Source: Lysobacterales bacterium
GTDB lineage: Bacteria; Pseudomonadota; Gammaproteobacteria; Xanthomonadales; S139-57
Length of the DNA stretch: 50,217 nt
Assembly: GCA_015485125.1 (NCBI GenBank)
Contig: WFUE01000115.1
Location: 1-50,217 of the forward strand
Direction of reading: 5' to 3'
Positions 1-9,613 of the stretch are shown one piece after another (positions within the stretch are counted from its first letter, which is position 1; each line of letters starts with the position of its first letter). Position numbers and translations under genes: made by a program. The notes under the pieces are model-generated. The model was given only the letters and a program-made list of their open reading frames with translations. It was not told where the DNA came from and ran no database searches.

Positions 1-135
1 CAACAGAACCAACAGAACCAACAGAACCAGCAGAACCAGCAGAACCAACAGAACCAACAGAACCAGCAGAACCAACAAAACCAACAAAACCAACAAAACC
101 AACAGGACCAACAGAATCAGCAGGACCAGCAAAAA
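1..135 (+). repeat. In-frame 9-bp tandem repeat, CAACAGAAC and variants, about 15 units, encoding (Gln-Gln-Asn)n. It runs off the left edge of the window.
   Basis: Direct reading: caacagaac x3, cagcagaac x2, caacagaac x2, cagcagaac, caacaaaac x3, caacaggac, caacagaat, cagcaggac, cagcaaaaa. Confidence 0.9.
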
Positions 136-351
136 CAGGCACAACAAACTCGGCAGGAAAAAGGTGAAGACGCCGAACAGACTGAACAACCGGCCAGAGC
201 GGAGGAAGACCCGTTGACCGAAGAAGAACGACAGGCGCTGGAACAATGGCTGCGGCAGGTACCGGATGATCCCGGTGGCCTGCTACGACGCAAGTTTCTC
301 TACCAGTACAGCCGGCGCAAGCAACAGCCACAGGAAGAACAGCCATGGTAA
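1..351 (+). CDS. 3' end of a Bat/aerotolerance-operon-type protein (BatB/BatC-like); Gln/Asn-rich repeat followed by a conserved C-terminal tail. The 5' end is cut by the window edge.
   Basis: Frame 1 is open from nt 1 to TAA 349-351. It translates as (QQN)n...EEERQALEQWLRQVPDDPGGLLRRKFLYQYSRRKQQPQEEQPW*. The stop overlaps the batD ATG (ATGGTAA). The gene lies directly upstream of batD. Confidence 0.6.
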   Translation, partial: QQNQQNQQNQQNQQNQQNQQNQQNQQNQQNQQNQQDQQNQQDQQKQAQQTRQEKGEDAEQTEQPARAEEDPLTEEERQALEQWLRQVPDDPGGLLRRKFLYQYSRRKQQPQEEQPW

Positions 352-2081
352 AACGCATCCACCCCATCGTCCTCTTGCTGACCTTGCTGTTCTGGGCCGC
401 GGGCCAGCTGCAGGCGGCCAATACTGCGGTGGCGGAAGTGGACCGCGACCAGCTCTATTTTGGTGAAAGCCTGACGCTGACCATCACCCTGAGTGGCAAG
501 GCCCGTGCCCATGAACCCGATCTCGCCCCCTTGCGTGATGATTTTGCCGTGCTGGGCACCAGCACCTCCACCCGCATGCAGATCATCAACGGCGATGCCA
601 GCATGGAAATGGAATGGCGCATTCAGCTGGAACCCATCCGCTCCGGCAAGCTGGTCATCCCGCCATTGCGTATCGGCCCCTATGTCACCGAAGCCATCCC
701 CGTGCGCGTGCTGCCCGCCAGCCAGATGCCCAGGGGGCAGGCCGATACCGTCTTCATCGAAGTGGAAGCTGAACCCAAACATCCCTATGTACAGCAACAG
801 GTCAAGGTCACCGTTCGCCTGTACCATGCGGTCAGCCTGCTGGATGGCAGCCTGGACGAACCCGCAGGCGATGACTGGATGGTGCAACGGCTGGGCAAGA
901 ACGACACCCGCTACGAAACCCGCCGCAACGGTAAACGCTACGGCGTGGTGGAACGCCATTACGCACTCTTTCCGCAGAAAAGCGGCAAGCTCACCCTGCC
1001 CGCACTGACCTTTCAGGGGCGCATCGCCACCCAGAGCAGTGTGAACCGCTTTTTCGATCAGGGCCGTGCCATCCGCCGACGCAGCCAGCCCATCACGCTG
1101 GAAGTCCGCCCCAAGCCCGCGAACTACCCGAAAGGGGCCGCCTGGCTGCCAGCCAAAAGCCTGGAACTGTGGGAAGACTTCCCCGTTCAGCAGCACTTCA
1201 AGACCGGCGAACCCATCACCCGCACACTGGTTCTCAAGGCCCAGGGCCTGCTGGCTGCGCAACTGCCGGATCTGCCGGTACCGCAGGTGGATGGCCTGTC
1301 CGCCTACCCTGACCAACCAGCCATGGATGAAACCCCGGGCAAGCAGGGCATGCAAAGCAGCAAGACCCAGAAAATCGCGCTGGTCCCCAACCGGGCCGGC
1401 ACCCTCACCCTGCCGGAAATTGCCATTCCCTGGTGGAATACCGAAACCGATCAGCTGGAATACGCTCGCCTGCCAGCACATACCTTGCGTGTCGAAGCCG
1501 CTGCGGGCCAACAACCCCCCGTGCCCCATGGCACCGCTACGGCCCCCGTCAGCAGCGAACCCGCACCTTCGCCGACCCCCGCCCATGACACGGCAATGCC
1601 CAGTACCGACTCGCAGGCAGGCGCGGGCAACCAACGTACCGCCGGCCTGCCCACCTGGCTCTGGCCATGGATTGCCCTGCTGCTGTTGCTGGGCTGGGTC
1701 AGCAATGTCTTCTTCTGCCTGAAGCGCTGCGCCCGCAAGCCGCCTGCCGACCCTTCAAGCAGCCCCAACCGGCCCGATACCCGTCAGGCACGCAAGGCCT
1801 GGCAACAGGCCGCCGCCCGTGGCGACTGGACGGCCATGCACAATACACTGTTACGCTGGGCGCAGGCTGAAGGCTACCCGGTCACCAACCTGGGCGCGCT
1901 GGCAGCACAAGTGAATGACGCGGAACTGGCGGAAGAAATCCGCGCGCTGGAGCAGGCGCGATTCCAGCCGCAAAGCCAGTGGTCTGCCGAAACCCTGATC
2001 CGCCGGCTGCAAAAAGGGCTGCCGGCACCCGGCCAGCCTTCGCATTCCAAACCGCAGGCACTGCCCGGTTTGTATGAATAG
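345..2081 (+). CDS. batD: BatD-family oxygen-tolerance protein
   Basis: 578-aa ORF. It has a signal peptide (MVKRIHPIVLLLTLLFWAAGQLQA), beta-rich repeated modules, a Pro-rich linker, a C-terminal TM helix (LPTWLWPWIALLLLLGWVSNVFF) and a cytoplasmic tail. This is the BatD layout. The ATG overlaps the upstream stop. Confidence 0.75.
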   Translation: MVKRIHPIVLLLTLLFWAAGQLQAANTAVAEVDRDQLYFGESLTLTITLSGKARAHEPDLAPLRDDFAVLGTSTSTRMQIINGDASMEMEWRIQLEPIRSGKLVIPPLRIGPYVTEAIPVRVLPASQMPRGQADTVFIEVEAEPKHPYVQQQVKVTVRLYHAVSLLDGSLDEPAGDDWMVQRLGKNDTRYETRRNGKRYGVVERHYALFPQKSGKLTLPALTFQGRIATQSSVNRFFDQGRAIRRRSQPITLEVRPKPANYPKGAAWLPAKSLELWEDFPVQQHFKTGEPITRTLVLKAQGLLAAQLPDLPVPQVDGLSAYPDQPAMDETPGKQGMQSSKTQKIALVPNRAGTLTLPEIAIPWWNTETDQLEYARLPAHTLRVEAAAGQQPPVPHGTATAPVSSEPAPSPTPAHDTAMPSTDSQAGAGNQRTAGLPTWLWPWIALLLLLGWVSNVFFCLKRCARKPPADPSSSPNRPDTRQARKAWQQAAARGDWTAMHNTLLRWAQAEGYPVTNLGALAAQVNDAELAEEIRALEQARFQPQSQWSAETLIRRLQKGLPAPGQPSHSKPQALPGLYE

Positions 2082-2087
2082 ACCATG

Positions 2088-2124
2088 AAAAACCCCGCCC
2101 GGTATCCTCCTTGGCGGGGTTTGC
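2088..2124. terminator. Bidirectional intrinsic terminator between convergent batD and the aminotransferase gene
   Basis: AAAAA-CCCCGCC (2093-2099), 13-nt loop, GGCGGGG (2113-2119), then TTTG. On the minus strand the stem is followed by TTTTT. A second 7-bp hairpin, CCGTGGC/GCCACGG, lies at 2138-2157. Confidence 0.6.
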
Positions 2125-2165
2125 AAAAAAGCGCGGCCCGTGGCTGGATGGCCACGGAATTCGCT

Positions 2166-3362
2166 TCAGCCTTCGCCCAAGGCGGCCATGGCGGCTGAAA
2201 CGGCCACACCCTTTTCGATGGGTGCCTGCATTTCCACCAGTATGCTTTCCAGTGCCGACAGGCAGAACAGCACATTGCTGCGCCGGCTGGCATAACCCAT
2301 CAAACCAATGCGCCAGACCTTGCCGGCCAGATCACCGAGGCCGGCGCCGATTTCCAGGTTGAATTCCCGCAGCAGGCGGCCGCGCACGGCGGCATCGTCC
2401 ACACCCTCGGGAATGTGTACGGCATTCAGCTGCGGCAAGCGTTCGTCTTCCGGCACCACAAAGCGCAATCCCATGGCTTCCAGGCCGGCCTTCAGCGCCT
2501 GATGGTTGCGCTGGTGACGTGCCCAGGCGTTTTCAATGCCTTCTTCCATCAGCATGACCAGCCCTTCATGCAAGCCATACAGCGCGTTGACCGGCGCGGT
2601 GTGGTGGTAGGCGCGTTTGGCACCCGCGCCCCAGTAGCCCATGACCAGATTCAGATCCAGAAACCAGCTCTGTACCGGATGCTTACGGTTGCGCACCTTC
2701 TCCAGTGCCCGCTCACTGAAACTCACGGGTGAAAGCCCCGGCGCCACCGACAGGCATTTCTGACTGCCGGAATAGATGGCGTCGATACCCCAGGCATCCA
2801 CTTCCAGCTCGGAACCGCCGAGAGAGGTGACCGCATCCACAATGGTCAGGCAGCCATGTGCCTGTGCCAGCTTGCACAGGGCTTCGGCATCCGAGCGGGC
2901 CCCGGTGGAAGTCTCCGCGTGTACGAAAGCCAGCACGGAAGCTTCCGGGTGCGCTTTCAGCGCCTGCTCCACCTTGTCCACATCCACGGCACGGCCCCAG
3001 GGGTCTTCCACCATCACCGGCGTGGCGCCACAGCGGAGTACATTTTCCTTCATCCGCCCGCCGAAGACACCATTCTGGCAGACGATCACGGTATCACCCG
3101 GCTGCACCAGGTTGACGAAAGTCGCTTCCATGCCCGCCGAACCGGGCGCGGAGATGGGCATGGTCATGGCGTTGTCTGTCCGAAAGGCGTATTGCAACAT
3201 CTGCTTGATTTCATCCATCATGTCGATGAATGCGGGGTCCAGATGGCCGATGGTGGGCCGGGCCATGGCTTGCAACACACGCGGATGCACATCGGAAGGG
3301 CCCGGCCCCATCAGGGTACGCACGGGGGGTTGAAAGGAAGCGGGGGTCTTGTCCAGGGTCAT
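2166..3362 (-). CDS. Class V PLP aminotransferase of the alanine/serine--glyoxylate aminotransferase family
   Basis: The ORF is 2166..3392. The likely start is MTLDKTPASF at 3362. The PLP-lysine motif is SGSQKCL. The whole length is AGXT-like (GPGPSDVHPRVLQAM...). It is divergent from glcDEF. Confidence 0.85.
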   Translation of the reverse strand: MTLDKTPASFQPPVRTLMGPGPSDVHPRVLQAMARPTIGHLDPAFIDMMDEIKQMLQYAFRTDNAMTMPISAPGSAGMEATFVNLVQPGDTVIVCQNGVFGGRMKENVLRCGATPVMVEDPWGRAVDVDKVEQALKAHPEASVLAFVHAETSTGARSDAEALCKLAQAHGCLTIVDAVTSLGGSELEVDAWGIDAIYSGSQKCLSVAPGLSPVSFSERALEKVRNRKHPVQSWFLDLNLVMGYWGAGAKRAYHHTAPVNALYGLHEGLVMLMEEGIENAWARHQRNHQALKAGLEAMGLRFVVPEDERLPQLNAVHIPEGVDDAAVRGRLLREFNLEIGAGLGDLAGKVWRIGLMGYASRRSNVLFCLSALESILVEMQAPIEKGVAVSAAMAALGEG

Positions 3363-3430
3363 CACAGGCTCCAGAATGGGATTGATTCTCATTTACAGTT
3401 CTGTACACATTACGGCTTGAGCGCAAACGA

Positions 3431-4903
3431 TTGAATATCTCCAACGAACAAGTACCCCTACCCCCAGCCTGCGAACAGGCACTCAAAGCGCTGCTGGGTG
3501 AAGACCTGCTGACCTCGCCGGAAACGCTGGCGCCCTATGAATGCGACGGCCTTTCGGTCTATCGCCGCCTGCCTTCCGCCGTGGCCCTGCCCCGCACACG
3601 CGAACAGGTGGCAGGGGCGCTGGCCATCTGTCACCAGCACGGCGTGCCGGTGATCGCCCGCGGCGCCGGCACCGGGCTGGCCGGCGGTGCCCTGCCGCAA
3701 GCCGGGGCGCTGATCCTCAGCCTGGCCCGTCTGAACCGCATACTGGCGGTGGACCCCGAGCGACAGACCGCCACCGTGGAACCGGGCGTGCGCAACATCC
3801 AGATTTCCCAGGCGGCCGCGCCTCACGGCCTGTTCTATGCGCCCGACCCTTCCTCGCAGATTGCCTGCACCATCGGCGGTAATGTAGCGGAAAACTCCGG
3901 TGGCGTGCATTGTGTCAAATACGGTCTCACCGTCCACAACCTGTTGGGGCTCAAGGTACTGGATGACCAGGGTCGCTTGCTGGAGGTCGGCCCGCCGCTG
4001 CTGGAGCAGCCCGGCCCGGATCTGTTGTCACTGTTCACCGGCTCGGAAGGGCTGCTGGGCGTGGTGGTGGAAGTCACCGTGCGCTTGCTGCCCAGGCCGG
4101 AAGCTACCGGCGTGATGCTGCTGGCCTTCGACCACAATGAGGATGCCGCCCGCACCGTGGGGGCCATCCTGGCCGCCGGCCTGCTGCCGGCCGGACTGGA
4201 GATGATGGACCGTCTGGCCATCGAAGCCGCCGAAGCCTACAGTCAGGCCGGTTACCCGGACTGTCAGGCCCTGTTGCTGGTGGAAGTGGATGGCTGCGCC
4301 GCCGAGGTGGAAGAACAGATGGTCCAGATCGAGGCCATTGCCCGCCGCGAGGGCATGACCCAGTTGCAAACCGCCCGCGACGAGGCCCAGCGCCAGCGCC
4401 TGTGGGCAGGTCGCAAGGCCGCTTTCCCCGCCGTGGGCCGGCTGGCACCCGACTATTACTGCATGGATGGCACCATTCCGCGCAAGCGCCTGCCCGAAGT
4501 GCTGGCACGCATCCGGCAATTGTCCGACCACTATGGCCTGGCCGTGGCCAATGTCTTTCATGCCGGAGACGGCAATCTGCACCCGCTGATCCTCTACGAT
4601 GCCAACCAGCCGGGAGAACTGGAACGCACCGAACGCATGGGCGGTGAAATTCTCCGAGCCTGCATCGAGGCCGGTGGCACCATCACCGGCGAACATGGCG
4701 TCGGCATCGAAAAACTGGGTGGCATGTGTGAACAGTTCACCGAGGCCGAGCTGAAGCAGATGCACGCGGTCAAGGCCGCACTGGACCCGGAAGGCCGGCT
4801 CAACCCCGGCAAGGCCATTCCCAGCCTGCACCGCTGTGCCGAGCTGGGTGCCATGCATGTCCATCACGGCCAGCTGCCCTTCCCTGACCTGGAGCGCTTC
4901 TGA
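3431..4903 (+). CDS. glcD: Glycolate oxidase subunit GlcD (FAD-linked oxidase)
   Basis: 490 aa with ...LAPYECDGLSVYRRLP..., an FAD PCMH domain and the C-terminal GEHGVGIEK motif. The first in-frame start is TTG at 3431. The stop overlaps the glcE ATG (TGATG). Confidence 0.9.
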   Translation: MNISNEQVPLPPACEQALKALLGEDLLTSPETLAPYECDGLSVYRRLPSAVALPRTREQVAGALAICHQHGVPVIARGAGTGLAGGALPQAGALILSLARLNRILAVDPERQTATVEPGVRNIQISQAAAPHGLFYAPDPSSQIACTIGGNVAENSGGVHCVKYGLTVHNLLGLKVLDDQGRLLEVGPPLLEQPGPDLLSLFTGSEGLLGVVVEVTVRLLPRPEATGVMLLAFDHNEDAARTVGAILAAGLLPAGLEMMDRLAIEAAEAYSQAGYPDCQALLLVEVDGCAAEVEEQMVQIEAIARREGMTQLQTARDEAQRQRLWAGRKAAFPAVGRLAPDYYCMDGTIPRKRLPEVLARIRQLSDHYGLAVANVFHAGDGNLHPLILYDANQPGELERTERMGGEILRACIEAGGTITGEHGVGIEKLGGMCEQFTEAELKQMHAVKAALDPEGRLNPGKAIPSLHRCAELGAMHVHHGQLPFPDLERF

Positions 4904-5958
4904 TGGACCCGTGTATCCAGGACTGGGCCGCACGCATTCAGGCCGCCAGCCAAAAGAAACAGGCCTTGTGCATACGCGGCAACAACAGCCTGGGGTTATG
5001 CGAGACCACCCCGGAGCAAACCCTGGATCTTTCCGGCTGGCAGGGCGTGGTGGAATACGACCCCGGCGAACTGGCCATCACCGTCCGCAGCGGCACGCCC
5101 TGGCAGACACTGCTGCACGTGCTGGAGGAACAGGGCCAGATTCCCGCCTGCTCGGCTCTCCAGACCCACCCGACCCGAACCGTGGGCGGCATGGTCGCCA
5201 CCGGCTTCAACGGCCCGGCACGCCCGTGGCTGGGCGATGTGCGCGGAGCCGTGCTGGGCGTGGCCATGCTCAACGGCCAGGGCCAGCTGCTCACCTTCGG
5301 TGGGCGGGTGATGAAGAATGTGGCCGGCTTCGACCTCGCCCGGCTGCAAACCGGTGCCTGGGGGCGTTTCGGCCCCATCCTGGAAATCAGCCTGCGCACC
5401 CGCCCCGCCTTTCAGCATTGCCGGTACCTCCGGCTGGAAGCACCGCTGGATGCGCTGCCCACGCTGCGACAACGGTTGCAACAGGCGCCACTGACGGGGC
5501 TGGCCTGGTATCAGGGCAACTTCCACCTGCGTCTGCAGGGCCTGCCAGCGGGTGTACAACAGGCCGCCGAACAGCTCGGCGGGGATGAGGACACGGGTTT
5601 CTGGGCCCGCCATGAAAGCCTGCAATGGCCCATCTACCAGCAACAGCCCCTGTACCGCATCGTGCTGCCGGTGCTGGATATGCCGGTCAGCCAGCCCTGG
5701 CTCGATACCGCCAATGATGTGCTCGTGGACTGGGGTGGCCGGCTGCTCTGGCTGGCCACGGACATGCCACCGGCTACCCTGCGGCAACAGGTTCAGCAAG
5801 CCGGCGGTTGGATGCAGGCCTGGCCCGCCACCGGGCCGGCAGCCCTGCCCGCATCCCGAGCCGCCGTCGTGGATCGCCTGCAACAGGCCTTCGACCCGGC
5901 GGGCGTGTTCCGCAACAACCCGTTTCAGGAAGCTGTTCATGCAAACCCGACTGCCTGA
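4903..5958 (+). CDS. glcE: Glycolate oxidase FAD-binding subunit GlcE
   Basis: 351 aa, FAD-binding PCMH-type, lying between glcD and glcF. It overlaps the glcF start by 20 nt. Confidence 0.85.
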   Translation: MDPCIQDWAARIQAASQKKQALCIRGNNSLGLCETTPEQTLDLSGWQGVVEYDPGELAITVRSGTPWQTLLHVLEEQGQIPACSALQTHPTRTVGGMVATGFNGPARPWLGDVRGAVLGVAMLNGQGQLLTFGGRVMKNVAGFDLARLQTGAWGRFGPILEISLRTRPAFQHCRYLRLEAPLDALPTLRQRLQQAPLTGLAWYQGNFHLRLQGLPAGVQQAAEQLGGDEDTGFWARHESLQWPIYQQQPLYRIVLPVLDMPVSQPWLDTANDVLVDWGGRLLWLATDMPPATLRQQVQQAGGWMQAWPATGPAALPASRAAVVDRLQQAFDPAGVFRNNPFQEAVHANPTA

Positions 5959-7156
5959 AGACCTGCTGCGGACACCGGAAGGGCAGGAGGCCGACGCCAT
6001 ACTGCGCAGTTGCGTGCATTGCGGTTTCTGTACCGCCACCTGCCCCACCTATCAGTTACTGGGGGATGAACTGGATGGCCCGCGCGGGCGCATCTACCTG
6101 ATCAAGCAGGTGCTGGAAGGACAACCGGCCAGCCGGACTACCTTGCAGCATCTGGATCGCTGCCTGCAATGCCGCAATTGTGAAACCACCTGCCCCTCCG
6201 GCGTGCGCTATACACGCCTGCTGGAAATCGGCAAGGCACGCCTGGCCCGTCAGGTTCAACGGCCCTGGCCACAACGCTTGCTGCGGCGCATGCTGGCTTT
6301 CTGGCTACCCCGCCGCCGCTTCAACCGGATTGGCTTTTCCATTGCTCATCTACTGCGCCCGCTGTTGCCGAAAAGGCTGGCGCACCACCTGCCCGCACAC
6401 TGGCAACCGGCCAGTCTGCCGACCAAAGCGCCCATGGAAAAACATGTGGTTCTGTTTCAGGGCTGTGTGGAATCCACCCTGATGGGGCCTGCCCACGAAG
6501 CCACCCGGCAGCTATTGCGGGCCTGTGGCCATGGTCTGCGTTATCTGGCGCAAGAACATTGCTGCGGCGCGGTGGAGCATCATCTGGATCAGCCCGAGGC
6601 TGCACAGGCCCGTGCGCTGAACAATGTACACCTGTGGCGCGCGGCCCTGGCCGAGGGCGCGGATGCCATCGTCATGCTGTCTTCCGCCTGTCTGCTGGAG
6701 GTTCGCCACTATCCGCAGCTGCTGGGCGAACAGGCACCCAAGGACCTGGGCACGATACTGCAACGGGTCGAGGGGCTGGACAGCTGGCTGGGCCGGCATT
6801 TGCCGGCGGATTTCGACCAACCAGGCAATGGCCCGGTAGTGGCCTGGCATCCACCCTGCACCCTGCAACACGGCTTGCGGCAGGCCGAGGCCATTCCGCA
6901 ACTGCTGGCTCGGGCCGGTTACCGGGTAAGGCTGGCTCAGGACAGTCACTTGTGCTGTGGCGCGGCCGGCACCTACACCCTGCTGCAGGCAGACTTGTCT
7001 CAGGCCCTGGGCGAAACACGAAGGCAGGCCCTGCAAGCATTGGAGCCTGCAGCCATCACTACCGCCAACATTGGCTGCCTGTTGCAATTGCAGGATCCAT
7101 CCGGGCCACCGGTTCGGCACTGGGCGGAATTGCTGGCGGAGCGGCTACAGGCCTGA
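5939..7156 (+). CDS. glcF: Glycolate oxidase iron-sulfur subunit GlcF
   Basis: Starts MQTRLPEDLL at 5939, inside the longer ORF 5552..7156. It has two ferredoxin-type cluster motifs (CVHCGFCTATCP and CLQCRNCETTCP) followed by CCG-type Cys-rich domains. Confidence 0.9.
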   Translation: MQTRLPEDLLRTPEGQEADAILRSCVHCGFCTATCPTYQLLGDELDGPRGRIYLIKQVLEGQPASRTTLQHLDRCLQCRNCETTCPSGVRYTRLLEIGKARLARQVQRPWPQRLLRRMLAFWLPRRRFNRIGFSIAHLLRPLLPKRLAHHLPAHWQPASLPTKAPMEKHVVLFQGCVESTLMGPAHEATRQLLRACGHGLRYLAQEHCCGAVEHHLDQPEAAQARALNNVHLWRAALAEGADAIVMLSSACLLEVRHYPQLLGEQAPKDLGTILQRVEGLDSWLGRHLPADFDQPGNGPVVAWHPPCTLQHGLRQAEAIPQLLARAGYRVRLAQDSHLCCGAAGTYTLLQADLSQALGETRRQALQALEPAAITTANIGCLLQLQDPSGPPVRHWAELLAERLQA

Positions 7157-8080
7157 TCAGGCCTGCATGGCAATACTGACCCAGCGCACGGCGGGCAGGT
7201 AGTGGTCGATCAGCAACAGGGCAAACAACACCATCAAATAGGTGATGGAAAAGGCAAACATGGAGCGGGCGACCCATTCATCCCGGGTGCGGGCCAAACG
7301 GATGGCATAGCCGAGAAAGCCCACGTTCAGCACCAGGGTGCCAAACAGATAGAAGAACCCACTCATGCCAGTGAGGAAAGGCAACAAGGTCACCAGCGTA
7401 AGCAGTATCGTGTAAAGCACGATCTGCCAGCAGGTGCACTCCACCCCGTGGGTCACCGGCAGCATGGGAATGCCCGCCTTGGCATAGTCGTCCCGCCTGT
7501 AGACAGCCAGCGCCCAGAAATGGGGCGGTGTCCAGACGAAGATGATCAGAAACAGCAAGAAGGCCCAGGGATGCAACTGGCCAGTCATGGCCACCCAGCC
7601 CAGCAAGGGCGGCGCAGCGCCCGCCGCGCCGCCAATGACGATATTCTGCGGCGTGGCCCGCTTGAGAAACAAGGTATAGATCACGGCATAGCCGATCATG
7701 GAGAAAAAGGTCAGCCAGGCCGTCAGCGCATTGGTGAATATTGCCAGGATGGCCATGCCGGCCACACATAACAGCGCCGCAAAGCCCAAGACCTGCACGG
7801 CACCCAGCTTGCCCCGCGCCACTGGCCGGTGCTGGGTACGGGCCATGACCGCATCGATTTTCTGGTCCACGAAATGGTTGACTGCCGCAGAAGCGGCCGA
7901 GGCCAGTCCAATCCCCAGGCTGGCCATCCAGAAGCGCAGCCAGTCCGGTGCGCCGGGGACGGCCAGCAACATCCCCACCTGCGCGGTGAAGACAATCAGC
8001 AGCACGACCTTGGGCTTGGTCAGCTCCAGGTAATCGCGCCAGCGTTCACGTAAACCGGCGTTGAGGGTTTCTGCGTGCAT
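7157..8080 (-). CDS. cyoE: Protoheme IX farnesyltransferase (heme O synthase)
   Basis: 307 aa, polytopic UbiA-family protein ([12 protein letters not shown]..., [19 protein letters not shown]). It is the last gene of the cox assembly cluster. Confidence 0.92.
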   Translation of the reverse strand: MHAETLNAGLRERWRDYLELTKPKVVLLIVFTAQVGMLLAVPGAPDWLRFWMASLGIGLASAASAAVNHFVDQKIDAVMARTQHRPVARGKLGAVQVLGFAALLCVAGMAILAIFTNALTAWLTFFSMIGYAVIYTLFLKRATPQNIVIGGAAGAAPPLLGWVAMTGQLHPWAFLLFLIIFVWTPPHFWALAVYRRDDYAKAGIPMLPVTHGVECTCWQIVLYTILLTLVTLLPFLTGMSGFFYLFGTLVLNVGFLGYAIRLARTRDEWVARSMFAFSITYLMVLFALLLIDHYLPAVRWVSIAMQA

Positions 8081-9020
8081 TGATATTCACCAGGATAAAA
8101 AGAAGCAGGGCCGCGCCACCATTGTGCAACACCGCCACGAATAATGGCAGCCCCATGAGCACATTGGCCATGCCCAGTGCCCATTGCAACAACAACGCAG
8201 TCAGCAGCAGTGCGCCCCAGCGCCGTTCTACCGCCTCACCGCGCAGCAGGCGAGCTGCCAGCCAGCCTACGACCAGCAGCACCAGTACCGCACCCAGACG
8301 ATGGGTAAAATGAATGGCCGTGCGCGCCGGGGTATCGAGCACACCCCCTTCATAATCGATCCCCAGACCGCGCCAAAGCACAAAGGCTTCCCCATAGTCG
8401 GTCTCCGGCAGCCACTGGCCCTGGCATTGAGGAAAATCCGGGCAGGCCAGTGCGGCGTAATTGGCCGAAGTCCAGCCGCCCAGGGCAATCTGCAGAAACA
8501 CCAGAAACAGGGCAACGCGTGCCAGTGAGCCGCTTGCAGGCAGGGTTCGGCTGCGTTCTCCTCCCAGACGGATGACCAGCCAGGCCAACAGCGACAGGGT
8601 GAGCATGCCACCCAACAGGTGTGCCGTGACAACCAGCGGCTTGAGCAGCAGGGTAACCGTCCACATGCCCAGCAAGGCCTGAAAGATGACCACCATGGCC
8701 AGGGTCAGCACCAGCGGAGTTTGCCGCTCCGGCGGAGGGCGGCGGAAGTTCAACACCACCAGCGAAAAGATCATCAGGCCCAGGGTTCCTGCCAGATAAC
8801 GATGAACCATTTCCTTCCATGCCTTATGCGGCTCGGCCGGACGGTCCGGATAGGCCGCATTGGCCTGTTCGATCTCATGCTGTTCCTGTGGCCAATCCAG
8901 GTGACCATAGCAACCCGGCCAGTCGGGGCACCCCAGCCCGGCATGGGACAGGCGCACAAAGGCTCCGAGCATGATGACAACAAAAGCCAGCAGGGTGGTG
9001 GCAATGGCCAGTTTTCTCAT
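8046..9020 (-). CDS. ctaA: Heme A synthase (COX15/CtaA)
   Basis: 324 aa and 8 TM helices. It has the paired Cys motifs [12 protein letters not shown] and [11 protein letters not shown] plus conserved His residues. Its ATG overlaps the upstream stop (ATGA). Confidence 0.9.
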   Translation of the reverse strand: MRKLAIATTLLAFVVIMLGAFVRLSHAGLGCPDWPGCYGHLDWPQEQHEIEQANAAYPDRPAEPHKAWKEMVHRYLAGTLGLMIFSLVVLNFRRPPPERQTPLVLTLAMVVIFQALLGMWTVTLLLKPLVVTAHLLGGMLTLSLLAWLVIRLGGERSRTLPASGSLARVALFLVFLQIALGGWTSANYAALACPDFPQCQGQWLPETDYGEAFVLWRGLGIDYEGGVLDTPARTAIHFTHRLGAVLVLLVVGWLAARLLRGEAVERRWGALLLTALLLQWALGMANVLMGLPLFVAVLHNGGAALLLFILVNINARRNPQRRFT

Positions 9021-9613
9021 GGTGTGTTCTCTTGTGGAATTTCAGTCAGTTCATCTTCCTTGGCATAGGTGAGCAACCGGTTCAGATCCTTGCGCAACCC
9101 ATGAATGTCGAAACCCGGGGGATAACGAAGGGCAATATAGCCTCTGGGATCAACCAGCAGAATTTCATGACCCGCCGTCTCTTGCAGCACGCCTCGTGCT
9201 GTTTGCTTCATGGTCTCGCCATCTGGCCAGATATAGCGCAACTGATCAGGGTAGGCTTCGGGCATTACCGTTGCACTTACATTTGTCAGCCAGGCAACCC
9301 GGCGTACGCGGTAGGCCTTTTCTCCCAGCCCCACGTGCAGTTGTCGCAGCAGCATGGCAATATTTTCGCACGCCTTGTCACATTCACCATCGATGGCCTG
9401 TACCAACAGCCAATGGCCTCGCTCATCCTTTTCCTTCACCAGCTGTCCGGCTGCATTCCGTACTGCGAAATCGGCCAGATGCTGAATCGGCTGTACCAGT
9501 TCGCCATGGTTTTTGGTCGCACTCGGCTTCCACCAGCCATTCAGCCAGATGGCCAGTACCACAGGCAGAAAAAAAACCAGAATAATCAGTAACAGCTGAA
9601 TACGCGCTTTCAT
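9017..9613 (-). CDS. Membrane-anchored SCO/SenC-like thioredoxin-fold protein; putative copper chaperone for the oxidase
   Basis: Likely start MKARIQLLL at 9613, in an ATGA overlap with the SURF1 stop. It has an N-terminal TM helix. HWLLVQAIDGECDKAC carries a CxxxC motif, and a downstream GHEILLVDPRGYI matches the SCO His and beta-strand pattern. Confidence 0.55.
   Translation of the reverse strand: MKARIQLLLIILVFFLPVVLAIWLNGWWKPSATKNHGELVQPIQHLADFAVRNAAGQLVKEKDERGHWLLVQAIDGECDKACENIAMLLRQLHVGLGEKAYRVRRVAWLTNVSATVMPEAYPDQLRYIWPDGETMKQTARGVLQETAGHEILLVDPRGYIALRYPPGFDIHGLRKDLNRLLTYAKEDELTEIPQENTP

Noticed and set aside
300-1634. Many long ORFs antisense to, or out of frame with, the called genes. 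Examples: 300..1634(-), 4028..4933(-), 4996..6048(-), 10836..12053(+), 15448..17466(-, 672 aa), 23406..24701(+), 27723..28748(+), 39582..41693(+, 703 aa), 42526..43866(+), 46931..48103(+).
   Set aside because: These are typical shadow ORFs of high-GC DNA. Their translations are Arg/Gly/Pro/Ala/His-rich low-complexity strings with no motifs. Each fully overlaps a gene with unmistakable family signatures on the other strand or in another frame.
5552-5938. N-terminal extensions offered by the ORF track: glcF 5552, mrcA 29958, NTase-like gene 32356, rpmE2 to 35101, ybeD to 42812, rlpA to 44646, pilN to 27687, lipB to 42399, lipA to 41735, and the GGDEF/EAL gene to 48160.
   Set aside because: In most cases the extension overlaps the preceding gene or consists of low-complexity sequence. 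A downstream start reproduces the canonical family N-terminus, a signal peptide or lipobox, or a typical stop/start overlap (ATGA, TGATG or GTGAATGA).
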